NCBI GenBank assembly: GCA_965216635.1
Contig: OZ244188.1
Span: forward strand, 1,536,001 to 1,600,000
Direction of reading: 5' to 3'
Origin: a bacterium
Lineage (GTDB): Bacteria > SAR324 > XYD2-FULL-50-16 > G965216635
Length of the DNA stretch: 64,000 nucleotides
The notes below the pieces were generated by a model, which saw nothing but the letters and a program-made list of their open reading frames with translations, ran no database searches and was not told the origin of the DNA. How positions within the stretch are numbered: position 1 is the stretch's first letter; each line of letters begins with the position of its first letter. Shown piece by piece: positions 19,714 through 30,700 of this stretch. The translations under genes and the position numbers were made by a program.

Positions 19714-20841
19714 TTAGCTACTCGTAAGATAAGCTAGGTGATCTTTATTTTCTGGTTCTGCCGAATCATCACTGCTAGGTTTTTGACTTTTTTGATTATT
19801 CATTGCGTGAATAAATTGATAGCGAATTTTTCTACTAGTGTTTCTAGAACCATCTGGTTTGTAATTTATCTCGTCAAATTTTTTTAAAAGATTAGTTGGT
19901 TTTTGAAACATTTCTTTTTGAGAGGCTTGCTCTACTCCAAAGTTGCCAACTCTATCAATAGCATTAACTAATTCTTTCAGTTTTTTCTGATGTTTAAGGA
20001 TTATTTTTTTGTCTAGTATTCTTAATTTTTCCGAACCAAATATTTGCAGCAAAAGTTTGAATAAACCGTCTTTGGCAAGCATATCTGGGTGTAACGATTG
20101 GATTATGTTCTCCAAAATGAGAGTATGTTTAGGAGTTAAAATCAACTGCAAACAAACTTGATCCGAATGCACTTGAGAGGAGTGAATTTGTAAAGGTTTT
20201 AGAGGCTCTTTTTCTAACATACAAATCAATTGATTGATTTCTTCTAAAAGATTCATAAAATTTTTAATAGAATTCAAACTAGACCTAGAATTTAGGTCTT
20301 TTTGAAAAAATACTTGAGTAGACTTTTTGTCTTGATTATTTTCTTGATAAGAAACAAATAGTCTAGAAAAAACCTCAAATTTATGGACGAATGAATCCCA
20401 AAGCAGCATCGCTTCCCCGACTTCTTTTAAAAAAAGTTGTGAAATATCAGAGGGAATAATTTTTTCTTTTTTATATTGAAAAAATTCCCAATGCTTTTGA
20501 ACAATTTTATTTATAAGTTGACAGACCAAAGCAAGATCGTCAAATAGACCCAAGCTATTATTTTTTTTCTTAATCTCCTCTAGTTCAAAGTAGTTTTTTA
20601 AAAAACTATTTCTGATAGCTTCTAGTTTTTTTTCTTCACAAAAATCCACTTGAAAAACCTGCTCTTTTATTTCTTCAAAAAAGATATTTTTATCTTCTGC
20701 ACTCGCATGCATAAAAACTTTTTCGTAGAGTTCTTCGTGGATTGTTAAATAAAATCGGAACTCTTTATCTAATAATTCAGAAGTTTTGATATACTGGTTG
20801 TAAGCGTCTTTGTATTCTTGCAGTAGTTGTTTGTGTTCCAT
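19714..20841 (-). CDS. Hypothetical protein
   Basis: 375-aa open frame, predicted helical, no recognised motif. Confidence 0.7.
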   Translation of the reverse strand: MEHKQLLQEYKDAYNQYIKTSELLDKEFRFYLTIHEELYEKVFMHASAEDKNIFFEEIKEQVFQVDFCEEKKLEAIRNSFLKNYFELEEIKKKNNSLGLFDDLALVCQLINKIVQKHWEFFQYKKEKIIPSDISQLFLKEVGEAMLLWDSFVHKFEVFSRLFVSYQENNQDKKSTQVFFQKDLNSRSSLNSIKNFMNLLEEINQLICMLEKEPLKPLQIHSSQVHSDQVCLQLILTPKHTLILENIIQSLHPDMLAKDGLFKLLLQIFGSEKLRILDKKIILKHQKKLKELVNAIDRVGNFGVEQASQKEMFQKPTNLLKKFDEINYKPDGSRNTSRKIRYQFIHAMNNQKSQKPSSDDSAEPENKDHLAYLTSS

Positions 20842-20866
20842 AGTTTAGTTTAGTTTAGTTTAGTTT
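20841..20866. repeat. (TAGTT)5 microsatellite filling the intergenic gap between yafQ and the downstream gene
   Basis: tagtttagtttagtttagtttagttt. Confidence 0.9.
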
Positions 20867-21158
20867 ATCTTTTCTTTTTTCCTTTCATTATTTTTAAACT
20901 GGAATGGGAACCAATCCTTTCAAAAACGACTATTTTTTCTATTATCCTATACAATAAAACCAAATCAGGTTTTAGATGACAATTTCTATAAAATTTATTT
21001 TTTCCCATCGGATGATCTTTATATTTTTTAGGAATTTCTTTACAATTTTCAAGACAATCCAAAATTTCCTCAAATTCTGGAAGATGCTTATATCGTTTTA
21101 TTGCAGTTTGAAATTGTTTTTTGAACTTATGAGATTCTTTAATTTCTCTTTTTTTCAT
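20865..21158 (-). CDS. yafQ: YafQ/RelE-family mRNA interferase toxin
   Basis: FKKQF, YKDHPM, RNCHLKPDLVLLY, RIGSHS. Confidence 0.85.
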   Translation of the reverse strand: MKKREIKESHKFKKQFQTAIKRYKHLPEFEEILDCLENCKEIPKKYKDHPMGKNKFYRNCHLKPDLVLLYRIIEKIVVFERIGSHSSLKIMKGKKKR

Positions 21159-21723
21159 TCTCGTTTAAATATTCCATAAATTCTGCTGCTGTCTTAAACA
21201 CCCTAGGTTCAGGTTCAGAAAACATAGCAATCACAGTATCCATATTGGGTATGCCATCTCTAAAAACAGGGTAATAACTTTTAATTTTTTTTTTATCAAT
21301 CTCAATATTTCTCTGTCCTTTTTTATAGTATTGATCCCAAGGGCTATCTTTTTTATGCATCTCATCTATTATTTTACGAGTAGACATTTCGGCATAAATT
21401 TCTATAACAGCATCTAATACCTCCTTAACATCTTTATCTTTTTTATCTATAAAAGGGATTTCTTTTTTACCATTTTTATCTAAAATATAGGATTGTTCCG
21501 CTATTTCTTTGTCTTTATACCTTTTAAATTCGTGGTAAATAGTAGGAATAACAGGACCTAAATCCCAAGCCTGTATAGGTTCTTTGAATATTTCTCTTTC
21601 TTTGTAGACATAAGCAAACGCATAAGCAATATAAACAAATTTGTTAAGACGCAAATTGTCTATTTTCTTCATATTCTTAATGAAATAATTCGCTATGCAA
21701 GAAGCACTGTAGATTTTATCCAT
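21139..21723 (-). CDS. Panacea (DUF4065/SocA/GepA) antitoxin with a DinJ/RelB-like C-terminal tail
   Basis: IANYFI, NLRLNKFVYIA, IQAWDLGPVIPTIYHEFK, SPW; tail IPNMDTVIAM...FKTAAEFMEYL. Confidence 0.8.
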   Translation of the reverse strand: MDKIYSASCIANYFIKNMKKIDNLRLNKFVYIAYAFAYVYKEREIFKEPIQAWDLGPVIPTIYHEFKRYKDKEIAEQSYILDKNGKKEIPFIDKKDKDVKEVLDAVIEIYAEMSTRKIIDEMHKKDSPWDQYYKKGQRNIEIDKKKIKSYYPVFRDGIPNMDTVIAMFSEPEPRVFKTAAEFMEYLNENEKKRN

Positions 21724-21764
21724 TTTGAGTGTTAGTAATTAGCTAGTACGAAATTATAACAAAA

Positions 21765-23564
21765 TCACATACTTTTAGCAAGAGCAATAAAAGCTTCTTG
21801 CGGCACATCTACCTTGCCAAATTGTTTCATCCTTTTCTTCCCTTTTTTTTGTTTTTCCCATAACTTTCTTTTTCTAGTAATATCTCCTCCGTAGCATTTT
21901 GCAGTCACATTTTTTTTCATAGCACTCACAGTTTCTCGCGCTATAATTTTACTACCTAAAGCAGCTTGTAAGGCTACTTCATACATCTGGCGAGGTATTA
22001 GCTCTTTTAGTTTTTGAGTTAAGTATCTCCCTCTAGTGTAAGCTTTATCTCTATGTACTATCAAAGAAAGAGCATCTATAGCTTGTCCGTTGAGTAAAAT
22101 ATCTAGTTTGACCATTTTAGATTGACGGTAGTTTAAAAAATCATAATCCAAAGAAGCATAACCTTTAGTGGCAGATTTTAGACTATCAAAAAAACCAACT
22201 ACAATTTCACAAAGAGGAATTTCAAATTTTATACAAACCCTGCTTAAACCAATATAGCTAAAATCCGTTTGCAAACCTCGTTTTTCCACAGCCAGTTTAA
22301 TTACAGAACCAGCGTATTCTTCTGGGGTGCAAATAGAAGCCAAAACAAAGGGCTCTTCAATAAAACGGATTTCTCCTAAAGGTGGCATTTGGGATGGATT
22401 TTCTAATTTTACGATCGTATTTTTTGTAGTATGTACCCGAATATTTGTTGTCGGAGAAGTCACTAGCAGGTTAAGTTTAAATTCCCTTTCTAGTCTTTCT
22501 TGGACAATTTCTAAATGAAGCAATCCCAAAAATCCGCAACGAAATCCATAACCTAAAGCCACTGATGTTTCTGGTTCGTATTGCAAGGAAGAATCATTTA
22601 ATCTCAGCTTTGATAAAGAATCTTGCAATAGAGAAAAATCATCCGAATCCACAGGGTAAAGTCCACTAAAAACCATAGGTGTCAGAATTCTATAGCCGGG
22701 CAAAGGTTTTTCTGCTTTATTTTCAAAGCTGGTGAGAGTATCACCGATGCGGATATGATCTACATTTTTGATAGAGGCAGCCACAAAACCAACCTCTCCC
22801 GCTTGTAAAATTTGCACTTCTTTTTTCTGAGGACAAAATTTTCCTAATTGCACAACGGAGTATTCCTGTTTGGTTTCCATAAGAAAAATTTTTTCATTCA
22901 TCTTGAGGCTACCTTCTTGAATACGCACTAAAGCAATCACTCCTAGATAAGCATCAAACCAAGAATCAAAAATCAAGGCTTGCAGTTTGCCCGCCACACT
23001 TCCTTTGGGAGGTGGGATAAATTCTACTATTGCTTCTAATACATCTTTTATTCCAGTATTTTTTTTTGCACTTGTGTAGATTAAATTTTTCGTCCCAATA
23101 CCGATCACTTCTTGAATATCCTTTTTGATTCTTTCAGGGTCAGCCGAAGGTAAATCTATCTTGTTTAAAACAGGAATAATTTCCAAACCGTTATCTACAG
23201 CTATGTAGGCATTGGCAAGAGTTTGAGCTTCTATGCCTTGCGAGGCATCTACTAAAAGCAAAGCTCCTTCACAAGCCTGTATAGAGCGAGAAACTTCATA
23301 AGAAAAATCTACATGTCCGGGGGTATCAATAAAATTGATCTGGTAGGTTTTGCCATCATCAGCCTTATAATTAAGGCTAACGCTTTGGGCTTTAATCGTA
23401 ATACCTCGTTCGCGCTCTATATTCATAGAATCCAGGTATTGATTGGTACTTTCTCTCTCGCTAATCGCCTCTGTAAATTCCATCAAACGGTCTGCCAGTG
23501 TTGATTTTCCGTGATCTATATGGGCAATAATACATAGGTTCCGAATGGAATCAAGATTTATCAT
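21765..23564 (-). CDS. lepA: Elongation factor 4
   Basis: [45 protein letters not shown]. Confidence 0.98.
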   Translation of the reverse strand: MINLDSIRNLCIIAHIDHGKSTLADRLMEFTEAISERESTNQYLDSMNIERERGITIKAQSVSLNYKADDGKTYQINFIDTPGHVDFSYEVSRSIQACEGALLLVDASQGIEAQTLANAYIAVDNGLEIIPVLNKIDLPSADPERIKKDIQEVIGIGTKNLIYTSAKKNTGIKDVLEAIVEFIPPPKGSVAGKLQALIFDSWFDAYLGVIALVRIQEGSLKMNEKIFLMETKQEYSVVQLGKFCPQKKEVQILQAGEVGFVAASIKNVDHIRIGDTLTSFENKAEKPLPGYRILTPMVFSGLYPVDSDDFSLLQDSLSKLRLNDSSLQYEPETSVALGYGFRCGFLGLLHLEIVQERLEREFKLNLLVTSPTTNIRVHTTKNTIVKLENPSQMPPLGEIRFIEEPFVLASICTPEEYAGSVIKLAVEKRGLQTDFSYIGLSRVCIKFEIPLCEIVVGFFDSLKSATKGYASLDYDFLNYRQSKMVKLDILLNGQAIDALSLIVHRDKAYTRGRYLTQKLKELIPRQMYEVALQAALGSKIIARETVSAMKKNVTAKCYGGDITRKRKLWEKQKKGKKRMKQFGKVDVPQEAFIALAKSM

Positions 23565-23567
23565 AAT

Positions 23568-24059
23568 CTAAGTAATTCGCTTCCCTTTTTTTAAACCTGT
23601 TTTTCCAGTTCGCATACTTTCCAATACAATTTTCTCTCCAAATTCTTGGATAATGCTATCTACTTTTTCTGTAGAACCAGAAACCTCTACCATCAAAACA
23701 TCTTCTGAAAAATCCAACATTCTAGCTCCATAAAAATCTATAGTGTGGTTTATTTTTGACGCGTTCTTTTCGTTATAATCCAGTTTTAAAATTGCAAATT
23801 CACGAACAACAGAATCTTCTGGGTGGAGCTCGTTGGTTGTCAATACATGGATGATTTTTTGAGTCTGTTTTCTGACCTGCTCTAAAGTTTTATCATCGCC
23901 ATAAAGCACAATAGTAAAACGGCTAATACCTTTTTTACTGGTATTACCCACTGTCAAACTATCAATATTAAAACCTCTCCTAGAAAACAGACTAGCAATC
24001 CTTACCAGAACCATAGGTTTATCTTCTACTTCTATAGAGAAGATGTGTTTTTGTTCCAC
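23568..24059 (-). CDS. ilvN: Acetolactate synthase small (regulatory) subunit
   Basis: ACT domain VEDKPMVLVRIASLFSRRGFNIDSLTVG; C-terminal RTGKTG; GTG start overlaps the upstream stop. Confidence 0.9.
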   Translation of the reverse strand: MEQKHIFSIEVEDKPMVLVRIASLFSRRGFNIDSLTVGNTSKKGISRFTIVLYGDDKTLEQVRKQTQKIIHVLTTNELHPEDSVVREFAILKLDYNEKNASKINHTIDFYGARMLDFSEDVLMVEVSGSTEKVDSIIQEFGEKIVLESMRTGKTGLKKGKRIT

Positions 24060-24658
24060 TACTCGGTTGTAAATTTTATCTGCATAGATTTTATTACGGC
24101 GGGTCTAGCTGCAATCCTATCAATCCACTTTTCTACTTTAGGATATTTTTCAAAAGAAATTTCATAAAAACTAGGTTTTCTCATCCAAGGAAAAAGAGAA
24201 ATATCCGCTATGGAATAATCCCCTGTAATATAACCCTCTTCGGAAAGACTATTTTCTACCACAGTATAAAGCCTATTCATTTCATCGCTGTAACGTTTTA
24301 TGGCGTAAGGTATTTGCTCTTCTGCGTGCATAAAATGCCCCAGCTGCCCGAACATAGGACCCACACCCCCCATTTGAAACATAAGCCACTGGATTACATT
24401 ATAGCGAGCTTTTATTTCTTTCGGTAAGAATTTTCCTGTCTTTTCAGCTAGATAGAGCAAAATAGCTCCAGATTCAAAGACAACCAAATCTCCATCTACC
24501 AAAGTAGGAATTCTCCCGTTAGGATTAAGTTTCACATAGTCTGGTTTTTTTTGAGTGCCATCCAAAGGCACTTTTACAAGTTCAAAATCAACCCCAATTT
24601 CCTCTAACATAATCAGAGGTTTGTAGCCGTTAGGCGTTGTCCATAAGTGTAGTTTCAT
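24059..24658 (-). CDS. Glutathione S-transferase (YfcG/Nu-class-like)
   Basis: TPNGYK, NPNGRIP, FESGAILLYLAEK, WLMFQMGGVGPMFGQ, YSIADI. Confidence 0.92.
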   Translation of the reverse strand: MKLHLWTTPNGYKPLIMLEEIGVDFELVKVPLDGTQKKPDYVKLNPNGRIPTLVDGDLVVFESGAILLYLAEKTGKFLPKEIKARYNVIQWLMFQMGGVGPMFGQLGHFMHAEEQIPYAIKRYSDEMNRLYTVVENSLSEEGYITGDYSIADISLFPWMRKPSFYEISFEKYPKVEKWIDRIAARPAVIKSMQIKFTTE

Positions 24659-24953
24659 TTTTTTTTTATTCTGGAAAGATTAAGTTTTTTCGAGTACAGC
24701 CTAAAAAGGCTATAATCTAAGTAGACTATAGTTTGTTTGTTTTAAATAAACAAGGGAGATTTTGTAAATAAAGAGAGAAGTTTTTGGAAACTTTTGGGTT
24801 AGTTTTTTGGAAAATATTTTAGCTGAAAGATAATCTATCAGAGATAGGCTAGACCTTTGCCTGACCAATAAAAAAAAATGTAGTGAAAAAACTAAGGAAT
24901 TAAAATTTATTTATTAATCCAAATTATTTTTTGCAATGTATGAGGCTAATTAA

Positions 24954-25964
24954 TTAAAAAACAAAATCAAAATTCAAACTCAACCCAGAAAAAGTCACAG
25001 TTTTTTGAACTTCTGTATAATAACTAATATCTGTTAAATCATATGTGAATTGTGTATGTAAATAATTTACTGAAAATTGAAAATAATTAGAAAAAGACCT
25101 GTAATAACCAATTTCCAAACCAAAAGTCGTACCACTCCCAGATTCATCAGTTAAAATCTCATTACTATTGGTTATGAAATTTTCACTATTTAATAATAAT
25201 TCTCCTCTACCAAATCCCAAACCAAGAAGCAATCCAGAAGGCTTAGAGAAAAATTCATACATAAAGATTTGATTTTGAATACTCCCAAATTCAGTTTCCC
25301 ATTTATAAACGGCTAAAGCCAATTGACCATTTTCAAACTGCCACCCTACTTTAAAACCAGAGCTAGAACTTATGGAATGAGTTTTTTTTTCTTCAAAACA
25401 TCCAAAGCAAGTATTTTCTGAACCCGGGAGTTTTTCTGTTATTTCTATGTCAATATTTCCCCAAAAAAGAGGAGTTATTCCAATAAATAATCTATCTTTA
25501 GATTTCTTATTGGTATCATAAATTTTTTCTTTTTTTCTTCTTAATTTTTCTTCTTCTTCAAGTCGTTCTATTTCTAACTCTTTTTCTTTTATAAATTCTT
25601 TTTGTGTTAATTTTTTTTGTATTTTTAATTCTTTTTCTAGTTCTTTCTTATCTTTTGCTTGACTGCTGCAACTTTCTATTGCATCTTCTACCAATTGATT
25701 ATAAGTAATTTCTTCATTTTCTGTTGATTGTATTCTTTCTTTTTTCATACAAAGATCAAAATCTTTTGCGATCTCGGTAGACCAACCTAACCTTGCTCTA
25801 ACACCACAAATTTTTCTAGCAATTTCTCTAGATTCACTATTAGAAACTTCTTGTTTTTCTGCTTTTAATTTTTCCAGCTCCAAACAATCACTAATTTCAT
25901 CTGCTAGTAGATTAGTTAAACTAAAAAGCAAACCTATAAAAAAGAAAATTATAATTTTTTTCAC
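24954..25964 (-). CDS. Secreted protein: Cys-containing coiled-coil N-domain plus a small C-terminal outer-membrane beta-barrel
   Basis: Signal peptide, charged helical region, alternating amphipathic strands, terminal LSLNFDFVF. Confidence 0.6.
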   Translation of the reverse strand: MKKIIIFFFIGLLFSLTNLLADEISDCLELEKLKAEKQEVSNSESREIARKICGVRARLGWSTEIAKDFDLCMKKERIQSTENEEITYNQLVEDAIESCSSQAKDKKELEKELKIQKKLTQKEFIKEKELEIERLEEEEKLRRKKEKIYDTNKKSKDRLFIGITPLFWGNIDIEITEKLPGSENTCFGCFEEKKTHSISSSSGFKVGWQFENGQLALAVYKWETEFGSIQNQIFMYEFFSKPSGLLLGLGFGRGELLLNSENFITNSNEILTDESGSGTTFGLEIGYYRSFSNYFQFSVNYLHTQFTYDLTDISYYTEVQKTVTFSGLSLNFDFVF

Positions 25965-25979
25965 AATAACTTTTAGTTT

Positions 25980-26225
25980 TTAAGTATCTTTTTTTGTGTT
26001 TGATGAAATTGCAGTTCTAATAGTTTTTAGTTCAATATTTGTATTATATTGCTCTACCATTCCACCTAATATAAACAAATCCACAAAAGCACCCATTCCT
26101 AAAACTCCACCAGTCAATATCCAAATAATTCCTGTTCCGTATTTTCTTAGATAGAATCTATGCAACCCAAGCCATCCGAAAAAACCACACAACCATAAAA
26201 CATAAGCCAATCCTTTACTTTTCAT
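25980..26225 (-). CDS. TM2 (NINE) domain membrane protein
   Basis: KSKGLAYVLW...GLHRFYLRKYGTGIIWILTGG. Confidence 0.9.
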   Translation of the reverse strand: MKSKGLAYVLWLCGFFGWLGLHRFYLRKYGTGIIWILTGGVLGMGAFVDLFILGGMVEQYNTNIELKTIRTAISSNTKKDT

Positions 26226-26362
26226 ATTTGTTTTTTAGTTAAAGTTACTAAGAGTAGATAAAAATCTGCTTATACATAAAAAAAATTACGCTAAATCAAA
26301 GAAAAAATCAATCAATCTTTGCACTCCAAGACCACTGCTTTGCAAACTGTTAATTCAAAGGT

Positions 26363-26692
26363 TTATTTTATTATAAAATAATCTTTTTCTATTTTACAAA
26401 TTTGAATAGAATAGGCATCGTACCATTTTTCTTTTCCTTTTTTCTGGGCTGAAAGATGCTCTAAATTTTCTTTCCATTTTTTGATAGCTGCAAGATCTTC
26501 CCAATAGCTAACCGTAATTCCTAAAGCTCCTTCTCTCACAGTAGAAAATCCCAAAAATCCTTCACTCTTTTTGACTAATTCCAGCATTCTGTCAGCTGTC
26601 TGCGAATAGCCTTTATTCTCTTTTGATAGAAAAGAGCGAAAAACCACCGCGTAACAACCTTCGCCTATTTTAGAAAAAATTTGTCTACTCAT
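26363..26692 (-). CDS. Antibiotic biosynthesis monooxygenase (ABM) family protein
   Basis: YAVVF, GFLG, GITVSYW, WKENLEHLSAQKKGKEKWY. Confidence 0.85.
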   Translation of the reverse strand: MSRQIFSKIGEGCYAVVFRSFLSKENKGYSQTADRMLELVKKSEGFLGFSTVREGALGITVSYWEDLAAIKKWKENLEHLSAQKKGKEKWYDAYSIQICKIEKDYFIIK

Positions 26693-26733
26693 TGTTTTAA
26701 TGATATACTAAAATAAAACAAAATACAAAACAA

Positions 26734-27714
26734 ATGCTTTCAGAGACCTCTTTCTTTATGAAAACAATCAAAAAAGCATTCCTTTTTTACTCCCCTGCCA
26801 AAATCAACTTAAACTTGCATATTTTAGCAAAAAGAAAAGACGGTTACCACGAACTAGAAACAGACCTTGTTCCTATTGATTTTTGGGATAGCTTTGCACT
26901 GCTTCCAGCTACTCCCCCCCAAATAAACCAGAAAAACACAGACCAGAAAACCATAGACCAGAAAAACACAGACCAGAAAAAAATTCAAAAAAACTACAAA
27001 CTTTCAGATAAAGAAGATTTAACCTGTAAAGCGATAGAGCTTTTAGAACAAACTTCAAAAACGAATTTTGGATTTCAACTGAAAGTAGAAAAAACCATTC
27101 CTTGCGGAGCTGGACTAGGAGGAGGAAGTAGCAACGCAGCAGCGGTACTTTTTGCTTTCAATCAAATATTTTCTCTAGGATTTGATTTAAAAAAACTAGC
27201 CCAACTAGGCAAACAACTAGGAGCCGATGTGCCTTTTTTTTTACACCAAAAACAACTGAGAATGGGAGGCATCGGAGAAAAAATAATACAAACTATAAAT
27301 ATTCCTAATTACCCTTTACTGCTCTTAATACCAGACTTTCAAAGCAATACGAAAGAAGCCTATCAAAACTACAAACCATCCAATAGTTCACCGCCACAAA
27401 AAACAGACTACCGCACTACTGGAATAAAAAAAATTTCTGTAAAAGACAACCACCTTTACCCCTCTGTATTAAAAACACAGCCTCTACTAAAAAACTATCT
27501 ACAAATACTAAAATCCACTCAACCTCTCACCGTTCAAATGAGCGGCTCTGGAAGTAGCCTCTTTGCAGTCTACGAAACCTTAGAAAAAAGAGAAATAGCT
27601 TGGAATGAATTAAACCCTCTAAAAAAAGAACAGCAAAAAGAACAGCAAAACTTCACCCTCTACAAAACCCAAATTCTACCCACCTTTGATTTTTTCTTAA
27701 AAAATGTTTTTTGA
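26734..27714 (+). CDS. ispE: 4-diphosphocytidyl-2C-methyl-D-erythritol kinase
   Basis: PAKINL.L...KRKDGYHEL, IPCGAGLGGGSSNAA, LGADVPFF, MSGSGS. Confidence 0.93.
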   Translation: MLSETSFFMKTIKKAFLFYSPAKINLNLHILAKRKDGYHELETDLVPIDFWDSFALLPATPPQINQKNTDQKTIDQKNTDQKKIQKNYKLSDKEDLTCKAIELLEQTSKTNFGFQLKVEKTIPCGAGLGGGSSNAAAVLFAFNQIFSLGFDLKKLAQLGKQLGADVPFFLHQKQLRMGGIGEKIIQTINIPNYPLLLLIPDFQSNTKEAYQNYKPSNSSPPQKTDYRTTGIKKISVKDNHLYPSVLKTQPLLKNYLQILKSTQPLTVQMSGSGSSLFAVYETLEKREIAWNELNPLKKEQQKEQQNFTLYKTQILPTFDFFLKNVF

Positions 27715-27739
27715 CAATCCAGCCAAAAAAATATACAAT
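27711..27739 (+). promoter_or_regulatory. Near-consensus sigma70 promoter for the TPR island
   Basis: TTGACA (27711-27716, overlapping the ispE TGA), 17-nt spacer, TACAAT (27734-27739), ~25 bp before the ATG. Confidence 0.7.
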
Positions 27740-27764
27740 ACAAAAAATCCCATCCTAAAAAACA

Positions 27765-30700
27765 ATGAGTAAAGAAGCAGAAAGATATTTTAATAGTGGT
27801 TTGGAAAAAGCTAAACAAAAAAACCACACAGGAGCTATTGCAGATTTTGACAAAACCATAGAGTTAATAGACCTAATTATAGAACCAAATCTAAACAAAA
27901 ATCTTGCAGCAACTTACAACAACCGAGGATTAGCAAAATATAATCTCAAACAATACAAAGAATCTATTGCAGATTTTGATAAAGTCATAGAATTAAACCC
28001 AAAAGATACAATAGCCTATGCTTACCGAGGTGATGCAAAAGCTGAACTCAAACAACACAAAGAAGCTATTGCAGATTACAACGAAGCCATAGAACTAAAC
28101 CCCAAAGATGCAATAGCCTATACTTGCCGAGGCAACGTAAAAGCTGAACTCAAACAATACGATGAAGCTATCAAAGATTATAACCAAGCCATAGAACTAG
28201 ACCCAAATAATGCTCCTGCCTACTACAACCTAGGTAACATAAAAGCTGAACTCAAGCAATACGACAAAGCTATCGCAGACTTTAACAAAGCCATAGAACT
28301 AAACCCAAAAGATGCTCCAGCCTACAACAACCGAGGAGTTGCAAAAGTTAAACTCAAACAATACGACGAAGCTATTGCAGACTACAACAAAACCATAGAA
28401 TTAAACCCAAAAAATGCAAGCGCCTACTACAACCGAGGCAACGTAAAAGCTAAACTCAAACAACACAAAGAAGCTATCGCAGATTTTGACAAAGCCATAG
28501 AACTAAACCCAAATCTTGCAGAAGCCCACAACAACCGAGGCTCTGCAAAAGTTAAACTCAAACAATACTACGAAGCTATTGTAGACTACGACAAAGCCAT
28601 AGAATTAAACCCGAAATATGAAAGCGCCTACACGAACCGGGGAATTGCAAAAGCTGAACTAAAACAATACAAAGAAGCTATCACAGACATTGACAAAGCC
28701 ATAGAACTAAACCCAAAATATGCAGATGCCTACAACAACCGAGGAGTTGCAAAAGCTGAACTCAAACAATACGACAAAGCTATTGCAGACTACGACAAAG
28801 CTATAGAGCTAGACCCAAAATATGCACTTGCCTACACGAACCGAGGCATTGCAAAAGCTAAACTCAAGCAATACGACGAAGCTATTGCAGACTACAACAA
28901 AACCATAGAATTAAACCTAAAAGATGCAACTGCCTACTACAACCGAGGCAACGTAAAAGCTAAACTCAAACAATACAAGGAAGCTATTGCAGACTTTGAC
29001 GAAGCCATAGAACTAAACCCAAACTATGCACATGCCTACAACAACCGAGGCATTGCAAAAAATGACCTCAAACAACACGAGGAAGCTATACAAGATTATA
29101 ATAAAGCCATAGAACTAAACCCAAACTATGCACCTGCCTACTACAACCGAGGCAATGCGAAATTTGGCCTTAAACAATACAAAGAAGCTATCGCAGATTA
29201 CGACAAAGCTATAGAACTAAACCCAAAGTATGCACTAGCCTACTACATCCGAGGATTGACTTACCAAGAATTAAAAGAAGCAGAAAAAGCAAAAAAAGAT
29301 TTTCAAACAGCCAGCGAATTAGACCCAAAGTATGCACTAGCCTACTACATCCGAGGATTGACTTACCAAGAATTAAAAGAAGCAGAAAAAGCAAAAAAAG
29401 ATTTTCAAACAGCCAGCGAATTAGACCCAAAATTTTCAAAACCCTCTGACAATAAAGATTTAAAATATATTCAACAATACATAAATACCATTGCCCCCTC
29501 TCAACCACAAGTTGATCCTATATTAGAGAACACTACATCTGGAACAACCTCCCCTAGTAAAATTATTGCAAAAATAAAACTAGAAGAACTAGGAGTCTTG
29601 CGAAAAACAGAATTTACGCTAGGAGATTTAACCATTATATGCGGCAAGAACAACACTGGCAAAACCTACGCTAGCTATAGCTTGTATGGATTTTTATTTT
29701 TTTGGAGAGAATTATTAAAAATTCAAATCCCCGATTCTGTAATCAAGGATCTTCAAACAAAAAGTGTATCCAGAATCAACATCAAAGAATATTTGGAAAA
29801 AAAAGACGCTATTCTTAAAGAGGCTTGCGCAGAATATTCCGCTCAAATCTCAAAAATATTTGCGGCTCATCCAAGCAAATTTCAAAAAGCAAAATTTTCA
29901 ATAAATTTGAACAAACCCGAATTGCAAGTCATAGAGCAAACCAAAAAAGTTGGTTCTGAAGATATTTTTTCCTTATCAAATAAAAAAAATTCTGAGGAAT
30001 TGGTTGTATCTTGGCTAGGGAATATACAAAAAAATGGCTTTCCAATGGAAGCTATAAAAAAAGACATAGAAGCTACCCTAGTCAGTATTATATTTACTTC
30101 AGCTTTTCCGAGAGCTTTTTTTATAAGCACAGAACGCACAGGAGCGGTGATTTTTCGCAAAGAGCTAATTTATACTCTAAACCAACTTATAAAAAAATTC
30201 GCTCAAGGAATCAGTATCAATTTAGACGAATTATTGCCGCATCTATCTCTCAACTATACTCTACCTGTAGAACGTGATATAGAATTTGCCCGAGAATTAG
30301 ACACTGTAACCAAAAAAAATAGTTTTATTGCAGCTAGCCACCCAAAAATAATAACTGAATTTGAAAAAAACATTCTCGGAGGGAGTTTTATCATAGTTAA
30401 TGATATAATCTATTTCCAACCCACTGGAACTACAACTAAACTTATGCTTAATGAATGCTCTAGTTCAGTGCGTTCTTTGTTGGATCTCAGTTTTTATCTA
30501 AAACACGAATCCCAAAAAGAAAATTTACTCATCGTAGACGAACCAGAATTAAACCTGCACCCAGAAAACCAAAGGAAAGTAGCCAGACTTTTTGCTCGCT
30601 TGATAAATATAGGTATTCAAGTTTTCATTACTACCCATAGCGACTATATTATCAAAGAGCTAAATACTCTAATAATGCTCAGCAAAAAAGAGGCTTACCT

